This document shows, one piece after another, positions 35,121 to 64,000 of a stretch of 64,000 nucleotides of DNA (position 1 is the stretch's first letter; every line of letters begins with the position of its first letter). The notes beneath the pieces are model-generated. The model had not been told where the DNA came from. It saw only the letters and a list, made by a program, of their open reading frames with translations, and did no database searches. Location: the NCBI GenBank assembly GCA_964035545.1, contig OZ037771.1, positions 13,453,133 to 13,517,132 on the forward strand. The letters run 5' to 3'. A program made the translations under genes and the position numbers. Source of the stretch: Bugula neritina. Lineage: Eukaryota; Animalia; Bryozoa.

Positions 35121-35987
35121 TCAGTTGCGGCCCGCGGGGAGGGAGAGTGTCCGCGGGCCGTGACAGTTTAACGCCCCCTGGTATTGGGGTCGTCTTTTCT
35201 GTCCCTGGTCCTGATCAGCGCTACTCCAGCCCTGCCCCACAGGCGTTGGGGGCACCCGCAGGGCCTGACCGGGGCCAGCACCAGCCAGAATGGTTACCAG
35301 TTGTCCCAGCATCTCTACCATACGGTCCACTTCGGCTTCCAGCGGGAGGGCTTCGGGACCTGTCGTAGCCCTGGCAGCGCTGACTCCAACTACTGGTGGG
35401 TTCCTTTGTGCTCGATGCATTTGGGTGGCCAACAGGTAAGCTTCTCCAGCCTTTAGGGCATCCTCTATTCTGGTTATCCCTTTAGCTCGTAGGTGATGGT
35501 CCAGGCCCAGGTCGTTTAGTGACTGGACAAAGGCGTCATAGGTGTAACGCTCTTGGTGTTGTGCTGGCAGATCGCTATATGCAATCTGCGCCAGCTTCTT
35601 CACCGTCGCGGCATGTTCTTGCAGCGAGGTCCGCGGGGTGCGGCACAATCTCTCTAACTTGGTCCTAGCGTCTATTACGGAGATGCCAAAACGGGCCCGC
35701 AGCGCAGCCAGTATTTCGTCTACGTCCGTTCCCACTCCGTACGGCTTGGCTTGCTCCGTCACCGCTCTCCGCAATTGAATAAGGGCCACTCTATGCGGCC
35801 ATTGAGCAACCTCCATTACCTCTCTAAATTCTTGTATAAATTGTTCGACATCTTCCGACCCAGTAAAGGTGGGAGCTTTCAAGCAATGTCTATAAGCTTC
35901 TTCTCCCTCACGATTCACAGGATTAACAGCATTTCTACGCTCACCTTCTACTGGGGGTGGTTGCATTCTAGTATTTTCAGTCTCCAT
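35121..35987 (-). CDS. gag: Gypsy Gag (capsid-like), 288 aa, no CCHC knuckle visible
   Basis: First ORF after the PBS; KAPTFTGSEDVEQFIQEF..W...ALRARFG capsid-type pattern. Confidence 0.9.
   Translation of the reverse strand: METENTRMQPPPVEGERRNAVNPVNREGEEAYRHCLKAPTFTGSEDVEQFIQEFREVMEVAQWPHRVALIQLRRAVTEQAKPYGVGTDVDEILAALRARFGISVIDARTKLERLCRTPRTSLQEHAATVKKLAQIAYSDLPAQHQERYTYDAFVQSLNDLGLDHHLRAKGITRIEDALKAGEAYLLATQMHRAQRNPPVVGVSAARATTGPEALPLEAEVDRMVEMLGQLVTILAGAGPGQALRVPPTPVGQGWSSADQDQGQKRRPQYQGALNCHGPRTLSLPAGRN
35128..35172 (-). promoter_or_regulatory. Putative -1 ribosomal frameshift cassette
   Basis: G_TTA_AAC in gag frame (35172-35166), 5-nt spacer, perfect 10-bp all-GC stem (35160-35151 with 35137-35128); the -1 frame is stop-free down to 34819. 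Confidence 0.75.
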
Positions 35988-36001
35988 CTTTGATATACAC
36001 T

Positions 36002-36019
36002 ATCCCACCGCTGCCACCA
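36002..36019 (-). promoter_or_regulatory. Primer-binding site complementary to the tRNA-Leu 3' end
   Basis: Minus strand TGGTGGCAGCGGTGGGAT, 1 nt from the LTR; its complement ATCCCACCGCTGCCACCA matches the tRNA-Leu(AAG/TAG-type) 3' end plus CCA as I recall it. Confidence 0.88.
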
Positions 36020-36020
36020 C

Positions 36021-36326
36021 TGTTATAGTTTTCAGATTTAGGGTTGATGTGTCACCAAGAGAGTCTATTTATCACTAGAGAAACCTCACCGGGTTAAGTC
36101 GAGTAGATGTCGTTATATTTTAATACAAGAATACATAATAAAATCTAATGTACAACAGTAATGATACGCACGTCTATTTAATTTAGAGCACTATCCTCAA
36201 CTGAACTAGTAGCGCGAAGCGGCTACTATTACTTATAAAACAGCCTAGCTAATTGGCTAATACATTGTTCCGGGTCAATACGCAACCTTGCGTATTGTGT
36301 TGCTGGTAGCTCCACGAGCCACCACA
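36021..36326 (-). repeat. 5' LTR (306 bp)
   Basis: Direct repeat of 28879-29184, adjacent to the PBS. Confidence 0.97.
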
Positions 36327-36358
<32 letters not shown>

Positions 36359-36904
36359 TGTACCAAAATAAGTAAATAGCGTCTAAAGCTTTCATGTGGG
36401 AAGCGTCTTAGTGAGAAATTTAGCTTAGCATCTAACTGGGAAGCGTCTATCTAGATAACACCTATTCATATTGTTCTTTTCAGAGCTTTATCATTATGAT
36501 TATCCCTTGGGATTATTCTTACACTTACAGTTACTCTTAGGTTTAGCCTCTACCCTCATTACCTTTGCTTTTTGGCAATAGATTAGGTTAAGCAATGGTT
36601 GTTATTGTAATTTTCAACATAAATAATATTATAATGAAACTTGATAATCATAATCGTTATGATGATTTAATTTTATTGTTAAAACAAAAATGCTGGTTTC
36701 AAGTACTGGTAGACTTATGAGTTATGAACATCAACAGCTAGTGAATGACTACAACTGTGCAAGTTCAAGTTGAACATGAAGTAGAATAAGAAATTCTAAT
36801 TATTAAATTGAAATGATAATTAGAATCACAATGATACTTAAAGTCGATAGTTTAATCTAAATCGTTATCATAATGATAATGATGAATTATCATTGATGAA
36901 GAAA

Positions 36905-37270
36905 TACTAATACTAATAAGTAATAGTAATACTAATAGTAATAGGTAATGAAAATTACAATCAAAATTAGTAATCAAAATTAAAATATCAATAACAATAA
37001 ATATAATATTTCTGTTACATTTACTTTATTACTATTAACTATGTCTATTACTATTACTCAGTATTAGTATTAGTAATAATTACTATTACTATTAGTATTA
37101 GACTATTACAGTAAAACTAAATGTAATACTATTACTATTACAGTATGAGTATTACTATTAGTATTACTATTAGTATTAGTATAAATAAGTATTATTATTA
37201 GTATTACTATTAGTATTACTATTACTATTACTATTAGTATTACTATTACTATTAGTATTAGTATTACTAA
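36905..37270. repeat. Low-complexity (TAC/TAT/TAG)n tract
   Basis: Seen directly. Confidence 0.8.
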
Positions 37271-38178
37271 TAAACTATCACTAATTTATTAAGACTTAGA
37301 TAGTAATAAAGAACTAAACATTGAGCTTAGTGATTTACTAGCATCATACTTATAATATTTATGATATTGCCTAAAAATAAATCAATATTTATGATTATCA
37401 TTAATTGATGATTATAATTTTATATGTTCTGGGGAACGGAAGTTCGACTGATCAAATTGAAGATTGAAAGATTTGACTATAATAAAGGAATAGACTCTTT
37501 TAGCCAAGAAACTAAACAAAAATCTTCGGAAAATCAATATTTACGAGAGATTGGATCTGTGGCTAGTTTCGATAAGTAGAATGGACTCGCTATGTTTCCA
37601 CGACAACCGGCAAATTGAAATGGTTTAAAACAGCTATTGTGTTCTTTATACAATGTTGCAGTACAAAAACACAATGCACAGTTACTGGTGCCCAATAGCA
37701 GCTATTGTGTGTAAGCGGCAGCTAAATTCTGTTGAATATTGAAGCGTGCAAGATTTGCTGAGACTACCAGAGTACAATATTCTATCATTTGAAATTTTGA
37801 TCGGACATGTAAGTGTTCAATAAAGTATTATTATCAACTTCAAGTAATTATTTTGATTTATTTTAAAAAAAAGTTATTGTGCTGAAAGTAAATCTAGCAA
37901 CAGATCTTAATTAAGCAATGGCAGTATACTTATAGTATGTAAGATGCGAAACAGTAATTTTATAGACCCAGTTATATTATAATACTCATAGTTATTGTTT
38001 ACATTTATTGAGCCTTTTTATAGTCATATTCATTGTGTTATTCTTACATGCTAATTTAATTGGAATTACTGCATTTGCTCTCAGCCAATATAGCTTGTAA
38101 AGTTTATTATTTATCCTGTGGAATTTCTAATAAACTTGCAATTTTTGCAGCACAACAACTCAGTGAGCCTTCCTCGAT

Positions 38179-41100
38179 ATGGAATCTGAAGGTGGAGCAT
38201 ACGTGATCTTTGTTTATCCAATCAGCAACTACCAAAGGTTCCGGAATGCCATGATGAGAAACTGTTCCATCTTAGCTAATTATGATGGACGCCTGGTTTG
38301 CTCGGCTCCAGAGGTAAGTTGAATATCTTTCATTTGGTGTTTTGTGTTGTTATATGAATTTGTCAAACATATAGAAATATGAATCACAAGATTGTTAAAA
38401 CAAAGAAACTATATCGTGCTTTCATGCTAAAAACAGATAGTTGATGATATATTATTCATTTATATGGCAAAGATTACTGGTTTGGCCACATATAGATGAG
38501 TTTGGCCACCATATAAGTTACTGCTTACATTAAAAACAGAATGTAATGCATTTCAAAAGTAACCAAACAATTGTAGTTCACTCTGGAAATGCATACTGCG
38601 TAGAGAAATTAATATATTGGTTAGCATTATTCCTCTTTTGTCTGCGTACATGCTATGATATTTACTATACAGTAAATGAAGCAGGCAAAACATTTTGAAA
38701 GTATGAAGTGAAATGGAAAGAGTTAACTTAGTTGTAAGCAGCTTGTACAAGAGATATTGTTATATATAACTGTAAACTGCATGCATATTTAGACTGTTAT
38801 GTCTCGACTTCGCCAGCTTTGATTTGTAGTATTTACCTGCATGCTGAATAAAACATTTAAGTTTATAATACCAATATGTGCTATCAACATAAATTGCAAA
38901 TCGCTGTTCAACAAACTTGATTTAGAATTTAAAAATATATAGTATTTTATTGGTAATCTCTCGAAGAATACCAATTTTTTGATCAAAATATAATTTATAG
39001 TTCTAAACAAATTTAATTACTCTCTAAATTTCAGACTAGCTTTACTCACCTAGAGTCTAGACAATAGTTACAACATTTTATAACTAATTCTTAAGACTAT
39101 ACATATGCTAACGCTGTTTTAAGAAGACTAGCATATAGTTGTTGTAGAAAGTAATAGAAACCATGCAAACTATTATAGCAGCATAGAAATCTAAAGAAAT
39201 TATAAAATAATATAAAAAAGTAATTGAACAATGTTGTAGATAGTTCTATAATATTGGTATGAGAGGGGAGGGTAAGCTCCCAGTAACTTAATGGCTACAG
39301 CACTAATACCTAAGGCTAAATATTTACTTCAAAGGTGACACCTATAGAAGGAAATTGGAGGACGAATAGAACTGTCGCCATATTGCACTTTGCCACAGCA
39401 CGTCAGGCTACCAGCTATCTTCAGAGCGAGCCTCTCGTCAAACAGCCCGACTTCATGGACGGCATGGATGTGTGTATTGTGCAGGCCAAGGGCTATCCAC
39501 CTCGAGGTATGATTAACAAAATTGTAGAATAGAATAATATAATATAATGTATCATATTATAACATTAAATTACATAATATGTTACAATATAGTATGGTAT
39601 GATATAGTATAGTATAATATAGTATGTTACATTATGATATAATATAGCATAGTATTTTGTATTATAATGTAATTATATGATTGAATATTATAAGAAATAG
39701 TATAATGCAATATAGCAACAATATAATGTAATGTGGTACAACATAAAATCATATAATTAAGTATGATATAGTATATTATCATACAAAATTATAAGACATA
39801 TTATTTAATATGTAGTAGCTTACAATAATATAGTGTAAAGTATCACCCTGAAACATGCGCAAAGTTATGGGAACTGTAGATAACAGATTGTATAACTGTA
39901 AGTTGAATGCTTATTTATGTTCTCTTAGCTAACCTTGCTCAACAAATATTTAATACGTGCAATTCTGAATGCAGAAACCAAGTGATGAGGAAGTTTAATG
40001 TTTATTTTCCTACCTGAAGGCTGAAACTCAACAGACTAACAATTATATGCTTTCTGTGAGGATATAAGTATTTTACTGATATATGGTTGGTTTAAATTGG
40101 CATTCAATATTAAAAGTTTGGTTTTCTTGCAGGAAAAGACTTGTTTGTACTGGCTGATGTGAACGTCTATGATATGAGAAGATTTGCGGAGGAGTATGTC
40201 CCTCAGACAGCAGAAATAAAAAACAATGGCCAGGTAAAACTATCTTTGTTATTATGTAATATGACTTAGAATAGGTGGTAGTAAGTATATACTACCACCT
40301 ATTCTAAGTCATATTACATAACAAAGATGAGTCATATATAACTGATTAACTAAATTATCTACTAAAAAAGATGAGTCATAATATATGACTCATTACTCTA
40401 ACTACATTATCCACTATCTAAGATTCATGTATACTTGAAAGTTTATAATTTTGTAATAACATCAAAAGATTACTTCTTTAGAACTTTGAGGTTTGTAACT
40501 TTTACAAAAAATATCTACATACCTGGCATTATAGTCAAAGGTTGGAAAACAGAAATTTACATCTTAGTAACTTTATTTGTTTTATATTTGTTTTAAAACT
40601 TTTTCACATTGAATCTTTGAAATGTTTGCAGTCTTAGAATTTTACATGAATTTCAACTTTCAGTAATAAGAAAATTATACATAATTGCAGTGATATTTTT
40701 ATATTTCTCAATATAATAACTATGTTGTTGAACCCAAGAGTGCATGCTTTGAATCTTAGTATAATATGGTCATGGGCAGCTTATCAAAATGTTATCTTAA
40801 GTTCTCAAGAATTGCACTCAAAGTGATTAAAAACTAATTTATAAGATATGCAGTTGTTATACAACGGATTAGGCTTGCTTTCCTTTGATGTTGAGCAACT
40901 CAAATGGGATGAAAAGTTCACTGGTTGATAATAATAATCACTAAAAGACTACCTATGAACTTTGGGATATAAAATAAGTATGCAATAAATTGAATGTCAA
41001 CAATAAAATAGGTTAAATCAATCGAATGTTTCCATTCACTTGAATCCGTTTGTTCAACTTATATATATAATCTCATTTCCTACATATGCTGACTTTAAGT

Positions 41101-41845
41101 TCTATAGGTTTAGGCAGCTTAATATAGTAGACAAGACATGGCTTTGATTTCTAACTACATTGTACATGCTACAAAACTCGTTTGGTCCTTAAATCTACAA
41201 GCCATACTGCACAAGCATGGGGGAGTGGGGTTGTGCAAAACTATGGAAAGGCCCTTTCGATTTCTACAATTGAGTAAGCTACAATTTTTACACGCATGCT
41301 TCCTATAAAAGTTTATTGCTCTATAGGCATTCATTCTCGCTAGCTAGCTTCCAAAATATCCATCAAATCAGAAGGAATAAATCAAATACAAGAAGTAAAG
41401 CTAACCTACCACTATCAAATCCACAGATAGTTGCTAGAGTTTGGGAGGAGGTACAAACCCCTACTTACTCAGGGACCACTTCTCCCCATGAAAAGCTGTA
41501 GAAGTAATAAACCTTATCACTAACACAGTGTAATACCTGTAGGCTTTTACTCCTCCAGGTGTTCGTGTCTGCCGCATGTCATAACCCAATAAACCATAGA
41601 GGTACTTGGAGACCTAGCCTAATAATCCTAAATCAGTGGGGATCTGAGGCTGATTACTACTCTTTCTACAACTCTGGTAAGTATAGTATTTTATTTTATT
41701 ATGAAATATATGTATGCCAGCTACTCCTTTGTTATACTCACTTGATTTCATCTACGCTATTTATAACCTTTGGTTATAAAGTAAAACTCTTACATAGTTA
41801 TATAAAGTGTGTGTGTGTGTATGTGTGGTGTGTGTGTGTGTGTGT

Positions 41846-41885
<40 letters not shown>

Positions 41886-42135
41886 GTGTGTATAGTTACA
41901 AAGTATAACTGCACATACTTATAAACTATATAATATATGTGTGTGCTTGTAATGCACTGCACATAAGTCAAGAGCATTTTCTTTGTATTTTTACAGTTGG
42001 TATAACAATAATATTATGTCTAGTTAATTGATTAAGTTATATTTCTTGGTTATAGCTGATTATCAACCACTGAAAGAATTGAGGCAAAGAATTACTAACT
42101 CAAATGTCATAGCTATCATGCACAAGTATGAGTGA
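38179..42135 (+). CDS. Tandem DUF1330-like (dimeric alpha-beta barrel) protein, ~200 aa
   Basis: Phase-compatible exons 38179-38313, 39335-39506, 40133-40233, 41559-41676, 42056-42135. Two repeats: YDGRLVCSAPEVTPIEGNWRTNRTVAILHFAT and DMRRFAEEY...RGTWRPSLIILNQW..ADYYSFYNSADYQPLKELRQR, matching the DUF1330 pattern (GGr..EG.W..rvvieF..fy.S.eYq....lR). Probable 5' UTR intron 37809-38150. Confidence 0.8.
40242..40328. repeat. Long perfect inverted repeat (32-bp arms, 6-nt loop) just after a splice donor
   Basis: 40252-40283 is the exact reverse complement of 40290-40321; extends 7 bp further past a 3-nt bulge. Confidence 0.92.
41807..41880. repeat. (GT)n microsatellite
   Basis: Seen directly. 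Confidence 0.95.
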
Positions 42136-43076
42136 CATCATCAGTTTTGTGAAGAACCATCTACAAACCTAAAATTGTAGCTCTCCTGGTACATAGTGCT
42201 TTATTAAAAAAAGTTCCATGAAATTTTTTATAATTAAACACTCGAAATAAAATATAAATTTATTTTTATTAGTGTACGTTTTAGTTTTTTATGATTTTCT
42301 ATTTTTAATGTTGTGAATGCAGTTGGTTGATGGTGCTTTTTTAACCCCAAATACATTTGTAATAAAAAAGTGTTTATATTTTTGAACAATACTAAGCTTT
42401 TGAGTTTCTTCACTAAGACTACTAGCACAATACGAAGGCATGAAACAATCTGAATGTACAATAGCTGTTCACCGATCATCAAAACATTTATTAGTAACCA
42501 AAACTTTAACAAAATCATTATATATAATACTTTTTTCATACTTTCTTTGAAAGAAAACCACCATTCACATCTATGGCATTGAGAGAGTTTCTGGCAATGA
42601 ACTACGGAAATATTCCAGATATTTGAATACTTGATCAAGTTTCTACATGAATAAGACTAGAGTTGTGAATATTTTATATCATTGGATACTCATGTTAAAA
42701 GACAAGAAATTCCTGACTCAACATATAAAATATGATAAATCATTTATTGATTGAGTAAATGTTGTGTATTTCACTCATTCAGACGACTGACCAACATTTT
42801 CAAGTTAAAAACACAAAATAAATCTAAACTTTACACTCAAGTTTTCCAGGGAAGAGAGAGAACAATCCCTAGTCAAGCAGCCAGTTTCTAGACTGCCAAC
42901 ATTATGCAATGAGCTGTGTAATAAATAAGAAACCAAAAAATAACAAAAATAGGAAACAATCTACAAGGAATAACTATACGCTCAGAATGGAAGCATGGAT
43001 TCAAAATGCAAATGCTTTACGATTTAACCTGCCAGTAAAATATGAAGATGAAAAAATTGGAGTTATCCCACATCCG

Positions 43077-61077
<18,001 letters not shown>

Positions 61078-62888
61078 TACTGTCTCGTACTGCTTGCCAG
61101 ATTCAGCAAATTCACAGGATGTAGTTCAGCATTGTGACATTTTTATCAATGCTACCTAAAATTATTTTAAAAGAAAGTAACCACAAATCAACATATTTCT
61201 TGGAATGTTGTTAAATAAAATATTGTTGTTTCATCACTGAACGTTCGTAATTATTAACACCTGAAAACATAATTGACAAGCTTATACTAAGAATTTTCTA
61301 TTTTACACTCTCTGGTTATACACTCTTTGATTATACAGATAAATATGAACGTTTAGTTTTACAACTGCAAACAAATCATAATGAGTTACTTGATTGCAGT
61401 CATGTCAGATTCAGTTCAATCAGAGGAACTAACCAAACAAGTGACATGATATAAATAGTCGTAAATTTCAGAAGGAGCAGTGACCAAAACAGTAAATAAA
61501 CATTTATATTTTTATTAATGGAATACAATAACAAACTTAATAAATAAATTATAAAAATTAAAATCAGCAGAAGAATGACTGATTTCCAATAAGACGATTA
61601 TCATCGCCATGATTTTGAAGCAACACAAAATAATTTACAAAGCTTAAGACCTGCTGATAGACAAGACTAGCTGAAGGTTGCTGATCATAATCTCAAAGTG
61701 ATAGAGCAATCGAAATGAATTAAGTTATAACTTTAACTAAAATTTCAGTCTTGTAAAACAAGTCTAATGCTAGCATTTGAAGAAACAAGAGCAGCAATGT
61801 AAATGATTTTTGAAACTCATAACTGAGAATCTATTTTAGCGTTGAATTATAAAAAGGAATATGAATGTAACTACTAACTGAGCATATGGACATGGATGAA
61901 TGTATGTTTTAATTTACGCTTGTTTTCATTCAAGTTTGAATCAAGGTTCAAAAGATAAGGAATTCATGTACATTCTCTACTTAATTTAACATGAAGCAGC
62001 AGACAATTAGATGTTTATCATGTTTACTGATGATAGTAATAGTAATGCCTAATGGTAATTTTAACCATGACATTTAATTTTACTTATGCCTTTTAGTTTT
62101 AGTTTTAAACTTTTCCTTCTAGCAATTTGAATTTACTATATTTTACTTTTACTCACTTAATTTTATTATAAACTTGAAGCTAAACTAAAACGTGAAGTAA
62201 AAATTTTAAGTTTAACTTCAAGCTTAGCAATAACTCTAACCTAAAGGCTGAAAGCAAAAGTTAAAGTAAAAGTTAAGTTAGTTAGGTCTAAAGCATACAT
62301 TTACAATAACAACTATAATATAGTTATAAGTTATAAAATAAAAATTCAAGTTCAAGATCATCATGATTATGATTGTCACTTTGACTTCAAGGTAATGTAA
62401 TTGCAACACTAACAGTAACTGTTAGACTTAGTCAGTAACTTAGTGTTACTGTAACACTTTGACTTACACTTACAGTTACTGTAGCACCAAATTTAACTAT
62501 AACTTATGAATTATGAGTAGTCAATATATAACTAACTTGAAAAAAACTCTAAAATTAAGGCTTGCGTATATTACCACAATTCATATTAGGTTCACCACGA
62601 ACATCAGTGAGTAGGTACTGAAACTGCAAGTTAAAAAATCTATGCAGCTTGTGCGGCACTGACTGTCACTGAGATACTCCTCCAACTACGAGACAGGATT
62701 TTGCGAAAATGAGAAAATAATTATTGGTGTTAACGGAAACAAAACGAACTGAGTGTTAGACTAATTTACTACATATAGAAATCTTCGTGTTGTTTAATAT
62801 AAAGTACGCTTAATATCTTTGCCCTGAAAAGGGCTAATGAAGCAAGTAAATTTGTTGGACAAAGGTACACGTGGTAACAACAACAAAA

Positions 62889-62928
62889 ATGGAGGATCGT
62901 GGCAATCACAGTAGCAATGTATTACCAG
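62889..62928 (+). CDS. Possible first coding exon of a gene divergent from STIM (MEDRGNHSSNVLP..)
   Basis: caaaaATGG context followed by CAG|gtagtt, ~300 bp from a probable STIM 5' UTR exon (donor ~62574 on minus). Weak evidence only. Confidence 0.3.
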
Positions 62929-63394
62929 GTAGTTTAAATTTTAATCGAAATATTTAGATTTTAATTGATTAAGAGTAATAACTGTTGACTAAATGTTTCA
63001 TGCAAAAATTTTGATTATCAAATTTCTAAATTGTTTTATTATATGTATCCTAATATTAATAAGTACTAACGTAACTCACTAACAGTAACTCAAACTGAAA
63101 CTCTAACTGTACGGCTACGGGTGTATACATAATACTGTATAGTACTACTAGTACTAGTACTACTACTAGTAGTACTACTAGTACTAGTACTATTAGTGAC
63201 AGTGTAATACTAGTAGTAGTACTAGTAGTAGTATTAGTGCATTAGTAATATTAGTAAACCTACTGATAACTGCTACTACTAGTAGTTACGGGCAGTAGTA
63301 GTCTTAGAGTTAGTCTATTACTATTACTATGTCTATTAGTAGTAGCCTTAGGCTTAGGCGTTCGTCAGTCGTTGAGTGTCACTGACTGTCAGTG

Positions 63395-63770
63395 TCACTC
63401 TCAGTCCCACCATTACTATGGGTCATGGATGACACACCATATGTGCGGGTGTATGCTTGGAAAATAATATATGGAGGACATGCTGTTGCCCTTGTATGTT
63501 TTCCCCTCTCCACGTCGCTGACGAAGCTAACGGAATAGCATGGCCATGAGCGGGGCTTTTGCAATTTGAGTTTGGCACCAACGCCGTCGCAGAAGCTGCC
63601 AGAGCGAGGTTGTAAACAACGAATAACTCCAGATTTGTTCACGGGCGTTTACTCTCCAAGCCTTTTCCATTGGTGGGTATTGCCGCAATATAGCGAAAGT
63701 TTCAGATCAGAGTTTTTCTTGTAGAAGTAGATGAGCCCGTCTTCCATATGAGCCTCATCTGCCTCTTAGA
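63395..63770 (-). pseudogene. Possible decayed pogo/Tigger-like (DDE_1) transposase fragment
   Basis: GC-elevated island; translation ...ATACPPYIIFQ...YGVS..SNGGT resembles the DDE_1 motif LPPxxIFkG...SxNGWm; an in-frame stop lies upstream. Confidence 0.35.
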
Positions 63771-64000
63771 AGTAATTATGATGAGATTAAGTTATAAGTG
63801 ATAACTAAAAGTCAATAAGTATAACTATAGTCTATAAGTATTCGGTGAATTGCAGAATTATCATTACTACTAGTATTACTATTAGTATTACTAGGTGACA
63901 CTGAGAGTGAGTTAAACTTGAAAATCATAGTCATAATGATGATAAAACTAATCGTAAAAGTAAAACTTTCTTCGATTCTAAAACTAAAAGTGAGTAAAAC

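Larger units (their letters stand above)
28879..36326 (-). mobile_element. Full-length Ty3/Gypsy LTR retrotransposon (7448 bp) with an extra 3' ORF
   Basis: TG...CA LTRs of 306 bp at both ends, PBS, PPT, gag, and PR-RT-RH-IN pol; ATAT on both sides within the (TA)n tract. Confidence 0.98.
27240..36462. mobile_element. Old non-autonomous TIR DNA element (MULE- or hAT-like) split by nested insertions
   Basis: Left end ggtttcatcttagttagatgtttcccagttaga matches the reverse complement of the right end (ggtgttatctagatagacgcttcccagttaga). Inner matches ttattttggtacaa/ttgtaccaaaataa. Exact 8-bp TSD tattcata at 27232-27239 and 36463-36470. Confidence 0.75.

Noticed and set aside
29476-35993. Many + strand and alternate-frame ORFs within the retrotransposon
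   Set aside because: Shadow ORFs of GC-rich gag/pol/ORF3 with no recognisable motifs.

Overview
AT-rich, intron-containing animal (invertebrate-type) genomic DNA; not prokaryotic, no CRISPR. Spliced host genes reconstructed by hand: the 3' half of a cyclic-nucleotide-gated channel (+, 974-4931), a 146-aa orphan (+, 8883-10395), an ankyrin-repeat/SOCS-box protein (-, 11862-18178), two exons of an uncharacterised gene (+, 20556-22733), a tandem DUF1330-like protein (+, 38179-42135) and a complete STIM Ca2+-sensor gene (-, 43077-61077). The centre (27240-36462) is a nested transposon cluster. An old TIR element with an 8-bp TSD contains a (TA)n tract, and two elements have inserted into that tract. 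One is a 5'-truncated Penelope-like element with inverted ~300-bp pseudo-LTRs, each carrying a minimal hammerhead ribozyme. The other is a very young, full-length Ty3/Gypsy element (306-bp LTRs, tRNA-Leu PBS, -1 frameshift cassette) with an extra 357-aa zinc-finger/coiled-coil ORF where env would sit. Other notable points: minisatellites repeatedly seeded at, and built from, splice junctions; an atypical CNG pore (STISHLP); a template-switch palindrome at a Harbinger-type MITE; several MITEs and tRNA-derived SINEs. All calls come from reading the sequence; no database searches were run.
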